Assembly (NCBI GenBank): GCA_951406725.2 | Contig: OX597821.1 | Coordinates: 8,308,001-8,372,000 of the forward strand | Length of the DNA: 64,000 bases | DNA from: Octopus vulgaris | Taxonomy: Eukaryota | Direction: 5' to 3' | Shown here: piece by piece, positions 14,560 through 27,172 of the stretch | Numbering within the stretch: the stretch's first letter is position 1 | How the letters are laid out: each line of letters starts with the position of its first letter | The notes under the pieces: generated by a model | The model's input: the letters and a program-made list of their open reading frames with translations, nothing else | What the model was told of the DNA's origin: nothing | Databases searched by the model: none | Made by a program: the position numbers and the translations under genes

Positions 14560-15384
14560 ATGTATATGTATATGTATATATGTGTGAAAATGGCAATAAA
14601 ACGTTATCAGAAAAAGTACCATGCAACATTGCAGGATGTAACAGAAAGGTGAGGCTAGTATTACAAACAGAACGCATAAAAATAATATATAAGAAAATAC
14701 CATGAGGATTAAAACGATGGAATTCTCTAAATTTCTTATGTGGATTGCAATCCGCAAATACATTAGTAAATAAATCACCTTTCTCTTCATATTAAGACGT
14801 ATTTCATGTCTGTCAACGGAAACTACTGTGATTGGATTAATTTCTTATATATTTAGCAACGAAGATAGCAATGAGCTTTTTAAACATCGTTCACTTGTAC
14901 CTAAATATCAATTTTTTTTCAAGTTCATTTTGTAGTTAAATCATTTTTGTTCGGTTAGGATCGTTATTGTTGTAAAATACAAGGAAAAATTAAAATGATC
15001 TACTTATTCCCTCTAGCACGGCTGGCTCTCCGCATTTAATCGTTCCACCTTTGAACTTCTCTGCGTTATGATCTGAAATGTAAGATCTTTACCATGATGA
15101 AGGAGGCTCAATTTATCCAATATTGATTGCATCCATTACGGCCAAATATTGTAATGAACTACAACTAATTACATTATGATGGAACTCCGAGCTTCAAGAA
15201 ACTGAAGTGTTAGACTTATAATACTTTTCTTCCCCCCCCTTTAATTTTCTCTGTCGTTTGTGCTCTATATATTTATACTTAAATAGTCATCGTCTGAAAG
15301 TCTCCTCGTTTTGCTTTTTCTCGTTTTGCATATATACATATATACATATACTGTATTTCATATCGAAACTGTCATATCTAATTT

Positions 15385-15477
<93 letters not shown>

Positions 15478-15625
15478 TAGTTGAATGAATCATCCTAGTA
15501 TGGATAATTCGGTTAACCGATACCCGGGTAGCAAATTCACGTCAGAAAACACGGTTGAGGCTACATGCCAAGGGCAGAGATCACGTGCTTTCGTGTGGAA
15601 ATTTGTGTGTGTTTTTTTACTATAA

Positions 15626-15995
15626 ATAAATGAAAGAATGGAGTTGAACGACGATTTAACAAAATTCCTTTATTCTCGATATATATTTCGAAGACTGCAT
15701 ATTCCTAATTCCGAAGGAATAAAGGGTGCATTATGCCACCTTCTCATCAGGAAAGACAAGGAATTTATGTTAGCATCATGACGAACAAAAACTTTTAGAT
15801 GACTGCCCACCCGGAGTCCATAGTGATAATCATAATCTTTGTTCGTCATGATGCTGACATAAATTCCTTGTCTTTCCTGATGAGAAGGCGGCATAATGCA
15901 CCCTTTATTCCTTCGGAATTAGGAATATGCAGTCTTCGAAACATATGTCGAGAATAAAGGAATTTTGTTAAATCGTCGTTTAACTCCATTCTTTC

Positions 15996-16001
<6 letters not shown>
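15626..16001. mobile_element. Palindromic PLE terminal-repeat derivative with an HHR in each arm
   Basis: Arms 15626-15789 and 15838-16001 differ at about 5 positions; 48-nt spacer. The HHR resembles the one at 5644-5729. Confidence 0.85.
15873..15953 (+). ncRNA. Type I hammerhead ribozyme, canonical core
   Basis: TTTC-CTGATGA-GAAG..CTTC-GAAAC-ATAT-GTC-GAGA. The mirror copy on the minus strand at ~15674-15754 has GAAAT-ATAT-ATC. Confidence 0.75.
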
Positions 16002-16047
<46 letters not shown>

Positions 16048-16049
16048 AT

Positions 16050-16590
16050 ACATACTCCCTTAACACAGTAACACCCGTAGGTAGACTCTTCCTTAAATTA
16101 ATAGATAAGCATTTCACTAGCTCCCACAGGTCTCATATTCAACAGGCACAACGTTAGGGTCTTGTTTAGCTGTCCCCCCAACATTAAGGGCATCCTGGTT
16201 AGCGCCCCTAGGACACAGGAAGAAGTGGGTTGTTCACGCAAGATCCGAAGCAGTTGCCCAATAGGAGGCCTCTGTGAAACCAAAGGAGTCGTATATCAAG
16301 CCGAGGTTCTAAAGCGACATGCTTTTAACACCGGCAGAAACAATGACGGCCGTGGACATGAGAACAGAGCCGGTAACATAGCCACCATGGCCACCACCAT
16401 CGCCATCGCTGACAACAACAGCAGCAGCAACATCACCACCATCACCAGCCTCACATATAGCTTCCTCGACGTTCACGAAGCCAGACCTATTAGACACTGT
16501 AGTAGTAGTAGTAGTAGTAGAAGCAGCATCAGCATCAGCATCAGCAGCAGCAGTAGTAGTAGCAGTAGTAGTAGTAGTAGTAGTAGTAGT

Positions 16591-16622
<32 letters not shown>

Positions 16623-16635
16623 TAGTAGTAGAAGC

Positions 16636-16724
<89 letters not shown>

Positions 16725-18810
16725 CAGTAGAAGTAGGAGTAGTAGTAGCAGCAGCAGCAGCAGTAGTAGTAGTAGCAGAGGGAAGGGATCCAGTTCCATC
16801 GTTGTTTATAACGGCAACAGCAGCAGAACTGGCAGAGGTGATAGCACTACCGTCACCTCTACAACATCCTCCACCATCGCTATATCACCAGCAGCAGTAA
16901 CAACACCAGCAGGGTGGAGGCGCAATGGCCCAGTGGTTAGGGCAGCTGACTCGCGGTCGTAAGAACGTGGTTTCGATTCCTAGACCGGGCATTGTGAATG
17001 TTTATTGAGCAAAAACACCTAAGCTCCGGCGGTGTGGCGGGGTGAACCCCGCTGTACTCTTTCACCACAACTTTTTCTTACTCTTTCTACTTCTGCCACA
17101 AAGCAGAGGAACCAATCTAGCCTAGATTGCGAATCCTCTTTTACCCCAGGATGGTTCAGCTCTCCACCCGTTAAAAAGCCACCGTTTACGGGATGAGGAT
17201 AACAACGTAGCTTTCACGTCCGTGCAACCGCCAGTCTATCGCGTAGAGGTGGGTGGATCTTCAAGTTTCCACACGCATTCTTAGTAGCTTAGAGTAGGCT
17301 CGAATTAGAGATTATTCTTTGTGGCTCGAATTAGAGATTATTCTTTGTGGCTCGAATTAGAGATTATTCTTTATGGCTCGAATTAGAGATTATTCTTTGT
17401 GGCTCAAATTAGAGATTATTCTTTGTGGCTCGAATTAGAGATTATTCTTTGTGGCTCGAATTAGAGATTATTCTTTGTGGCTCGAATTAGAGATTATTCT
17501 TTATGGCTCGAATTAGAGATTATTCTTTGTGGCTCGAATTAGAGATTATTCTTTGTGGCTCGAATTAGAGATTATTCTTTGTGGCTCGAATTAGAGATTA
17601 TTCTTTATGGCTCGAATTAGAGATTATTCTTTGTGGCTCGAATTAGAGATTATTCTTTGTGGCTCGAATTAGAGATTATTCTTTGTGGCTCGAATTAGAG
17701 ATTATTCTTTGTGACTCGGATTAGAGATTATTCTTTGTGGCTCGGATTAGAGATTATTCTTTGTGGCTCGGATTAGAGATTATTCTTTGTGGCTCGAATT
17801 AGAGATTATTCTTTGTGACTCGGATTAGAGATTATTCTTTGTGGCTCGGATTAGAGATTATTCTTTGTGGCTCGGATTAGAGATTATTCTTTGTGGCTCG
17901 GAATTAGAGATTATTCTTTGTGGCTCGGATTAGAGATTATTCTTTGTGGCTCGAATTAGAGATTATTCTTTGTGGCTCGGATTAGAGATTATTCTTTGTG
18001 GCTCGGATTAGAGATTATTCTTTGTGGCTCGGATTAGAGATTATTCTTTGTGGCTAATGGCGTGAGTGCTGATTGGAAGAAGAAGAAAGAAGAAGCAGCA
18101 ACGCCAACAACAGCAACAGCAATGCCAGCAGCAGCAGCAACAAGGACAGTGACGCCAACCCCACCACCAGCACCAACGCCAACACCAGCCCCTACACCAG
18201 CAGTGACAATACCACCGACGGCACCAGCGTATTTCCAATCATCTGTCCTCCTTCAGAGTCCTGGAAAGGAGATACTGACATCGCTGACCAGCCATATCTG
18301 GTATTTACGAGACGAGATTCCATACTCGATCGCATGGAAAATACTCGAGAATCCGGGCCCCTACACAAACGGGATGAAACAGTACAAGTTATACATTACC
18401 GAACGCACGAGGATCCTTAAGGACTCGCTCGTGCCAGGAGGCATCCTGAACTTCCGGACGGAGATTTTCAGTCATGTCTGCATTTTAGAAAATTCCTGCT
18501 GGCATTTTGGAATCCGCATGGCGGTACCACAACTGGAAACTAATAGCCAAGGCTGACGAGAGACAATCGTTTACCCTCGTGGTGCTTTGGTGACCGCAAG
18601 ACGGCAGCACGATCGAAGATCGATGGACAATGGCAATGGCAAAAGGAGAAAATTACCGAGGATTTTACCCTTAAAAATGAGGCTTTCCCACCTGCATATT
18701 TTAAAGAGGTCACAGGCCAGCAGTGTTTGGGGCTTGAAGATACGCCGTAAGGCTAAACCCCTTGTCAGCGAGAAACCCCAGGCAACCCCATAAGTCAGCC
18801 TACCCCACTA
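16050..18810 (+). mobile_element. Decayed Naiad-type PLE 3' portion; GIY-YIG domain split by (AGT/AGC)n, a SINE head (16915-17095) and a minisatellite
   Basis: GCSRKIRSSCPIGGLCETKGVVYQAEV (Cys linker plus GIY) at ~16230-16310; TSLTSHIWYLR..WKIL..PY..ILNFRTEIFS at ~18278-18480; degenerate HHR-like GCT-TGAAGA..GCCGTAAGGC-TAAAC..GTC-AGC at ~18732-18769. Confidence 0.7.
17297..18055. repeat. 26-bp minisatellite, ~29 copies (GGCTCGRATTAGAGATTATTCTTTGT)
   Basis: Head-to-tail copies with no spacers. Confidence 0.97.
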
Positions 18811-18869
<59 letters not shown>

Positions 18870-19337
18870 GGTATGTACACACACACACACACACACACAC
18901 GTATCAAAGTGTAGCACTTAATTGCGTTAAATATATCACTGAGGAAAATGCTACTTCGTAGCGTTTTATTTACTAAATAAGTCTGGGGACCATTTTGTTT
19001 ATTGAATATTTCAGAGGATTGTTCTGACTACGAAATATAACACGGTAGGGTGTCACACGTCTAATTTAGTGACGTGAAAATTTTCGACCCGCCGAGATAA
19101 TCGAAGCGATTAGTAAGAATCCAATACAAAAAGCAAGGGGGACAATTGATCGGAATTCATCGAAAATTTTACACAATATTTCTAATGAAGATGGGAGTGG
19201 ATATGGTGTCCACGCATTTCACTTTTTTAAAACCTATTTAGCAAGCGGAACATAATATAACCGATCGTCATGATTAAGAGTGATCGCTATATTTAGAAAT
19301 AGAAGGAATGCAGTGATACTGTTTATCAATATGCTTT

Positions 19338-19725
19338 CTATTATAGGCACAAAGCCTGAAATTTGGAGGAGAAGGCTGGTCGATAATATCGATCCCAGTA
19401 CTTAACTGGTACTTATTTCATCAACTCCAAAAGGATGAAAGCAAAGTCGACCTCGGTGGAATTAGAACTCAGAACGTAGCAGCAGACGAAATACCTATTT
19501 CTTTACTACCAACAAGGGGCTAAACACAGAGGACAAACAAGGACAGATAAACGGATTAAGTCGATTATATCGACTCCAGTGCGTAACTGGTACTTATTTA
19601 ATCGACCCCGAAAGGATGAAAGGCAAATTCGACCTCGGCGGAATTTGAACTCAGAACGTAGCGGCAGACGAGATACCGCTAAGCATTTCACCCAGCGTGC
19701 TAACGGTTCTGCCAGCTCGCCGCCT
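19338..19725 (-). mobile_element. SINE family B
   Basis: Homologous to 1926-2311. Confidence 0.88.
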
Positions 19726-19756
19726 TACACTGATTATCAATATAGATAATATGGAT

Positions 19757-20045
19757 TAGTGGTTCCCAAAGATGGCAGTATTGCCCCGCTGAGGGCGGTG
19801 GAAAGTTCCAAGGGGTCGATAATGGGGTAGCAATTCATGTAAAAATTGGGGCGATAGTGGAGTAGTGATTCATGTAAAAACAACAAAATAAAGGGTTCAT
19901 TAGATGTTTTATTTGTTAAATACAGTTGCTTTGAACTTGCCTTAGAAAGAGGTCTATTTTTGTGATGGTTACTTGGAGTGGGGGCGCTAGGAATATGGCC
20001 CGAGTGTCAAGGGGGCGGCAGCCCCAAAAAGTTTGGGCACCACTG
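19757..20045. mobile_element. hAT (Charlie-like) MITE
   Basis: TIRs TAGTGGTTCCCAAA / TTTGGGCACCACTG. TSD not recognisable. Confidence 0.7.
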
Positions 20046-20807
20046 GTTTAGGGAGCGCGTTCCTTATGCTAACTACATGAGTTCGGTATGATTTCACATA
20101 TATAGTATAGTGAGTTGAAAAACTTCAAGACTGATATACTCTGAATTGCATTCTCCATTGTTCAGACATTTCAGTTAATTTATCTAAGAAGAGTTGCCTC
20201 CCTCGCTTCGCGTTTTTAATATTTTGTTTTAGATTTTAGATACTGCTAAAAGGAGTTTTGTCAATAAATTATTTGGATCGAAGATTGCAGCCACAATATT
20301 AAAAAAGAAGTATAAAGAAGCACAACGCATGGGCACCATTCATCAACGAGTATATCTTGGTAGTATATATCAGCCTTTCGTTAATTGTTTTAGGTGCTCC
20401 TATAACAAATAGATTCACAGCTCTCCCACTCCGTCACCTGGACAAACATCAAGGAAGTGACAACTGGAGGGGGTGAAAAAAGGTTGAACTAGAACTGAAC
20501 AGGTACACAATTTCAGCTGCATGGAGCAAAGTAGGAAAAGTACCACTGAACAAAGAAACTACATGCTGCCCGGTGCAAGAATCAAACCGATGTCGTTATG
20601 ATCGTGGGTCTAACACACTAACCACTAGGATAAGCTCAGATTTATTTGTATATAGTATGCAGGTATTTTCCTTCAGGCACGCGCGCGCGAACATACACAC
20701 ATGTATGTATGTATGTATGCATGTATGTATGTATGTATGTATGTATGTACGTACATACGTACGTATGTGTGTATGTATGTATGTATGTATGTATGTATGT
20801 ATGTATA

Positions 20808-20868
<61 letters not shown>

Positions 20869-21110
20869 GTCTATCTAAAGGATGAAGGGTCATTCTCGAT
20901 CTATAGGGTCATATAATCAATGCAGCAATTGTTGGGCTATTTTTTAGAAATGTTGTAAATAGCCTTCGTCAGATATTTTTATATCTTTATATTTCAATTG
21001 TCATCATCATCATTGTCAGCACCTTAATTATTGTTGCTAGTGGTGATGGTGGTGGCAATAGAACTTTTAATCCTAAATAAGATCATTTTCCTGCTATCTA
21101 AGTATTATTA

Positions 21111-22484
21111 TTATTGCTTATTTAGCTTGGGTTCGAATTTATCAATAAAATTCTTTTCTCTGATTTTCCTCTCGATTTCACTTGGGCTGTGTAATTTGTA
21201 GAATGGAAATATTATATGTGTTTTCCGGCCACATGTTGCAAGGTGGTTACTCAAAGGTATCTGACGGACCTCTGGGTCTCTAATCTGTTGCCGGTGTACA
21301 CGTGAGCGTTCTGATAGTGCGTTTCCCGTCTGACCTACATATATTTCTTCACAATTTGGGCATTTGATGCAGTAAATTAAATTTCTGCTTTTGCAGTTCA
21401 TATTCGCGTTTGTGAATATTTTCCCGGTTTTTGTGTTTATATATTGGCCGGTATGTATGAATTGGCATGTACCACATCGGCTATCATTGCATTTAGATAC
21501 AGTGAATGTTTGGTCTTTGTTGCTAAGGTCAAATTTTGCCTTTGTTAGTAATTTTTTCAAGTTTTTAGGCTGTCTTTTACTAAGAACCATAGCTCGATCT
21601 GTGATTATGTCTTTTAATTCATTACTGTGGGCAATGATTGGTAGGTTTGCTTTGGCAATGTTGAAGATATTTTGGTGACATGGGTTGTGTGTCACTATGA
21701 ATGGTATGACTTGTTCTTGTTTTCCTCTTCCTTGGGTTGTCCTAAGTTGTTGTATGGGTATTTTTATAGCCCGCTGTATGCCATTTTCTATAAGTAGAGA
21801 TGGGTATTTTTGTTTGAGCAAAAATTCTCTTAGTTCTGTTAGGCGTTTGTTCCTGATATTTGCATCTTCTATAATGATACACACTCTTCTGGCTAGGCAG
21901 TACGGGATGTTGCGTTTTGTATGTGGTGGATGGCACGACTTAAAATTTAGGTATTGATGTGTGTCTGTGTGTTTATAGTATATATCTGTGGTGATGGTGG
22001 TGTCTTTTTTAATTACCATTATATCTAGGAATGGTAATTTGGTACTACTCATCTCCTTTGTAAATTGGAGAGATGGGTGTAGGTTGTTCAGGAGGATATT
22101 GAACTCTTCCAGAGTATTTAGAGATTCTGTCCAGATTATGAAGCAGTCGTCAAGGTATCTCTTCCATGCCTTTTCAATATACTTTCTAAATCCAGTGCCA
22201 TAGTTTACCTCCACCTCTTGGTAGAGTTGTTGTTCTAAGTATCCCATTACAGAGTTGGCGTAAACGGGAGCAAACCTCGTTCCCATCGCCGTGCCTCTAA
22301 TTTGGATGTAATTCTTTCCATTGAAGAAGAATGTGTTGTTTTCTAGAATAAGTTTGACTGTGTCTAATATAAATGGCACTGTGAATCTGCTGGGAATCAC
22401 TTCTCTATGTTTTTCTAACCAGTGTTTAATCGCCTTTATTCCTAAATCGTGTGGAATATTGGTGTAGAGGCTTACCACATCCAA
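21111..22484 (-). CDS. PLE RT C-terminal half plus GIY-YIG endonuclease (uninterrupted, 5'-truncated)
   Basis: 457-aa ORF with the motifs above. Confidence 0.9.
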   Translation of the reverse strand: MDVVSLYTNIPHDLGIKAIKHWLEKHREVIPSRFTVPFILDTVKLILENNTFFFNGKNYIQIRGTAMGTRFAPVYANSVMGYLEQQLYQEVEVNYGTGFRKYIEKAWKRYLDDCFIIWTESLNTLEEFNILLNNLHPSLQFTKEMSSTKLPFLDIMVIKKDTTITTDIYYKHTDTHQYLNFKSCHPPHTKRNIPYCLARRVCIIIEDANIRNKRLTELREFLLKQKYPSLLIENGIQRAIKIPIQQLRTTQGRGKQEQVIPFIVTHNPCHQNIFNIAKANLPIIAHSNELKDIITDRAMVLSKRQPKNLKKLLTKAKFDLSNKDQTFTVSKCNDSRCGTCQFIHTGQYINTKTGKIFTNANMNCKSRNLIYCIKCPNCEEIYVGQTGNALSERSRVHRQQIRDPEVRQIPLSNHLATCGRKTHIIFPFYKLHSPSEIERKIREKNFIDKFEPKLNKQ

Positions 22485-22670
22485 ACTTAGTAAAACTGAA
22501 TTTGTTTCTGTTGTTTTATATTATATTATATTATCTTATATCCTTATAAGATTGTAAATAAAACGTGAAAATCAGACAAGGTTGGAATTCCTTTTATTAA
22601 TATATTCTTCTATACACAATCACACACACACCCGTATATATATCTATATTTCTATTGTGTATATGCCAAC

Positions 22671-25600
22671 ATGTCTGGAAAGCAACAAACAAAATTAACA
22701 GTATCAGAAAGAATTCTAATGGAAATTTCATCGAAATTATCAACACTCATCACGATGATTGACACACAATCCTCTATTTTAAAGGAAATAGAAAAACAGT
22801 CTACAGACGGAAAACTTGGAAATGAACATATAAACTCTGAAATTAAGAATTTAGCTGAAATGATACCAACAATTATAAAATCTACAAGAGAAAGCCTATA
22901 ACAACCTCCTTGGATGTCAGAAATAAACGAAAGAAATCTGGAAAAAGAGGCACACCGAAAAAGAGAAGAGATACAGAAGACATGGAAAAAACTCCTTAAC
23001 ATAAGAAAACAAAACTTCTGGAAGGCATATAAATGCGAAAAATATGCTGAAATACATTCGGAATGGATATCTTTAGCGGCACCCATACTTCCTCGGAAGT
23101 ACCTAATTAATGAAATTGCTGGAGAACCAGAGGAAGAAACAAAACTTCGATGGGACCTTAGTTTGATAAAATTCAGGACCGACATCTCCATTACCCTGTC
23201 TAAACAATCCCGCTACAAAGCCAAATACGAAGCTATCGATGATCAAATCAGAGACGAAATATCCAAACTAACGACCGGCAATATAGCAGAAAAAATGCGA
23301 GAACTATAGACCAGAGATATCTCAAAAGAAGAAAGCAGATCAAGAAAGTTTTGGCATCGGAAACAATTATTTCTCGACAAATATGCTACAAATTACGGTA
23401 AAGACACCAGAACTCTGAGAAATAGCATTAAAAGTGGACAACCTCACCAACGCAACATACGCCAGAACACGTGGCAAAATGAACACCCGTTTCACCACGA
23501 ATCGAAAACGAACTACGGTAAGAACTCTTCCCTTTTTGTATGCAAACATCCTAATGCACACAACATGAACAAAAAGCACAAACAAAATAGATATTATTTT
23601 GAACAGACCATTAGCAGTAGAAATAACAGGAGATCGTTTTCAAGACCTCAACAGAGATTACCCACAAGAAACTGGACAAAAAAAACGATCTAGATCTGGA
23701 AGTAAACCCAGATCATTTCCCCAGGTGGTTAAAAACAATACTAACAAGAAATTGAAAAGTAGTATACATAATACCAAAAACAAGACAGAAAACATAACGA
23801 AACCAAGTAAAATACCACAACCAAAACGCAAAATTCATCAAGCAAACATCAACAGGAATATAAATCATAAACAGAAAAAAATCCATTTTTTTACGTCAGG
23901 ACAACAAACACCGGAGAAAGAAAAAATCCAAGAGGAAACATGCCCAAAACAACTGAACGTATAGATCCTAAAATGATTAATTTATCAAAAAGAGATCTTG
24001 ACAATGATGAAATCCAACTTCTGTCAAAAGGACTGAAATTCACACCTACACCAACAGCCAACCACCAAGAATTAAAGGAGGATATCCAAAAATTCTGTCG
24101 AAAATTACGACTTGTAGAATTCTTCGCTAACAAAAGTAATGAGATTGACGAATCCCTAGTAAGGAATAAATCAAATTTCACCCCACCAAAAGGAAGAAAT
24201 AACTACCTTGACCAATATATTGATATCCTGTCTAAATTTCCCCTTAGACGCAATATCAATGTTAGGCCAAACATTAACAAATCAGAGATGTCTGCATGTA
24301 AACGTATACAAAACGATCAAACAATAATAATTAAACAAGCAGATAAAGGTGGTGCAATTGTTATTATGGATACCGAATACTATAAGGATTTGGTTGAGGA
24401 CCAACTGAAGGACACAACCTTCTATTGTGAAATACCCGCAAATATAGACCACCACATCATGAAAAAGATCAACAACCTGATCTCAAAACACTACAACTCA
24501 CTTACGGATAATGAAAGAGACTACATCACCAATTTCGAACCAAAAGCCAGCAACTTCTACGGCTTACCGAAAATACATAAATCAAAAGAGATTCAACAGG
24601 CAGTAAAAGAACAAGAAAGTGAGTACATAAAATTACTACATCCAAAAGATCTAAACTTAGACCTATTATAGCTGGTCCAGCATGCACTACCCAGCGTCTA
24701 AGCAATTTTATTGACATTGTTTTGAAACCACTATGTACTTACATACCCAGTTTCATCAGGGATGACTTCGACTTCCTGTCCCATCTTCCCAAAACAACAG
24801 AAACAAATTCAGTTTTACTAAGTTTTGATGTGGTAAGCTTCTACACCAATATTCCACACGATTTAGGAATAAAGGCGATTAAACACTGGTTAGAAAAACA
24901 TACAGTAAAAGAGGGTATACAGAGGAGTGACAGAAAGAGAGAGGAGAAATGGAAAGAAAGGAAGAGACATAAACAAGAGACCATGGCACTACAACCAGCC
25001 AGGAACAGTCTTCGCTACATTTGCAGTACCTGCCAGAGGGAGTGTTTGTCCAGGATAGGACTACACAGCCACAGCAAGAAATGTAACAGGAAATAAAATA
25101 TAACAGCCGGACTAGACCTAGAAAAAAAAAAAAAATGCGCAACTCCATTGTCTCCCGAGACAGAAAGGATGCCAGTACAATACAATACAATAGAAAAACA
25201 TAGAGAAGTGATTCCCAGCAGATTCACAGTGCCATTTATATTAGACACAGTCAAACTTATTCTAGAAAACAACACATTCTTCTTCAATGGAAAGAATTAC
25301 ATCCAAATTAGAGGCACGGCGATGGGAACGAGGTTTGCTCCCGTTTACGCCAACTCTGTAATGGGATACTTAGAACAACAACTCTACCAAGAGGTGGAGG
25401 TAAACTATGGCACTGGATTTAGAAAGTATATTGAAAAGGCATGGAAGAGATACCTTGACGATTGCTTCATAATCTGGACAGAATCTCTAAATACTCTGGA
25501 AGAGTTCAATATCCTCCTGAACAACCTACACCCATCTCTCCAATTTACAAAGGAGATGAGTAGTACCAAATTACCAAACTTGAAAAAATTACTAACAAAG

Positions 25601-26029
25601 GCAAAATTTGACCTTAGCAACAAAGACCAAACATTCACTGTATCTAAATGCAATGATAGCCGATGTGGTACATGCCAATTCATACATACCGGCCAATATA
25701 TAAACACAAAAACCGGGAAAATATTCACAAACGCGAATATGAACTGCAAAAGCAGAAATTTAATTTACTGCATCAAATGCCCAAATTGTGAAGAAATATA
25801 TGTAGGTCAGACGGGAAACGCACTATCAGAACGCTCACGTGTACACCGGCAACATATTAGAGACCCAGAGGTCCGTCAGATACCTTTGAGTTACCACCTT
25901 GCAACATGTGGCCGGAAAATATATATAATATTTCCATTCTACAAATTACACAGCCCAAGTGAAATCGAGAGGAAAATCAGAGAAAAGAATTTTATTGATA
26001 AATTCGAACCCAAGCTAAATAAGCAATAA
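22671..26029 (+). pseudogene. PLE polyprotein, disrupted by stops, frameshifts, a nested RTE insertion and an internal deletion
   Basis: ORF pieces at 22671, 22914, 23599, 23940, 24722 and 25148. The KLP|NLKKLL junction lacks a segment present in the inverted copy. Confidence 0.88.
24903..25190 (+). mobile_element. 5'-truncated RTE-clade LINE nested in the PLE
   Basis: C-terminal CSTCQRECLSRIGLHSHSKKC zinc finger, (TACAA)n tail, TSD TAGAAAAACATA at 24891-24902 and 25191-25202. Confidence 0.85.
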
Positions 26030-26447
26030 TAATAATACTTAGATAGCAGGAAAATGATCTTATTTAGGATTAAAAGTTCTATTGCCACCACCATCACCAC
26101 TAGCAACAACAATTAAGGTGCTGACAATGATGATGATGACAATTGAAATATAAAGATATAAAAATATCTGACGAAGGCTATTTACAACATTTCTAAAAAT
26201 AGCCCAACAATTGCTGCTTCAGGGTTAAGATACATGACTCTTGACATGTCCAACAAAGCGTGACGCCTAAACCAATCAGCTCAACCAACCAATCAGCTTA
26301 AGTAATTGAGTGATACTACACACTGATTGGTCAGAATACAGTTTGCAAAACCTAGCATCTGGAGCCTACACAGCTGTATTTAAAGCACAGATTCAATCAT
26401 CTCGCTATCGTCAAAAATTGTGAAGCATGACTGTCACCACTACTACA

Positions 26448-26492
26448 TGAACCTGAAGATTGCAGAATTTAATGCATGAAAGTACTAGTTCA
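26448..26492 (+). ncRNA. Minimal type I hammerhead ribozyme in the Neptune pLTR
   Basis: TGAAC-CTGAAGA-t-TGCA..TGCA-t-GAAA-GTAC-TA-GTTCA. Confidence 0.85.
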
Positions 26493-26651
26493 ATCAGAAT
26501 GAACATTTAACATTCTATTATTTTATTATATTATATTATCTTATATTATATTATCTTATATCATTATAAGATTGTAAATAAAACGTGAAAATCAGACAAG
26601 GTTGGAATTCCTTTTATTAATATATTCTTCTATACACAATCACACACACCC

Positions 26652-26703
<52 letters not shown>

Positions 26704-27172
26704 TACACACATACACACACACTCGCACATACATATGCATCGTCACAATTGTAGTATATGCATATTCACACATATACACACACGCGCACGCGCACACAGA
26801 CACGCACACACACACACACACACACACGCACACGGGTTTATTAATGAATGCGTAGTTGAGAAATATATTGTCTTGAAAGTGCGTTTTGTCGATGCTACAT
26901 AGGATTTTGGCATCAATCCGTTGCTCAGTTTGTACTGCGGCAGGATGTACCAGAGAATTAGTCAGATAATCTCTGTCTGTCGAGCAGTTCGATGACATCT
27001 AAGAGTAGCGAGTAGAATCGGTGGTTAGACGTATTTCATTTATATCATAAGCACTAATATTCACTAATATTAACAGCTATTCACCGTTGGCTTGAATCCA
27101 TGTGACGTTAAAAAAAGGAACGTGGAATGCGATGTCTCTGCCTCAGTAATGGATGGGATAATTCTAGCAAAA

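Larger units (their letters stand above)
20922..26655. mobile_element. Neptune-type Penelope-like retroelement: near full-length + copy (22520-26655) preceded by an inverted 3' partial copy (20922-22517)
   Basis: RT motifs IKQADKGGAIVIM, FYGLPKIHK, DVVSLYTNIP, QIRGTAMGT, RYLDD; Cys linker CNDSRCGTC; GIY-YIG LIYCIKCPNCEEIYVGQT. pLTR tail 22520-22640 is repeated at ~26540-26655. Confidence 0.95.

Noticed and set aside
16162-16962. Ser-rich host protein
   Set aside because: PLE linker/GIY remnant running into an (AGT/AGC)n tract and a SINE head.
17297-18055. CRISPR array
   Set aside because: Units are contiguous with no unique spacers and no cas genes; eukaryotic minisatellite.
18552-18585. 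Additional hammerhead at CTGACGA-GAG..CTC
   Set aside because: No GAAA or stem III follows.
22652-23191. 179-aa minus-strand ORF
   Set aside because: Antisense shadow of the PLE N-terminal coding region; no motifs.
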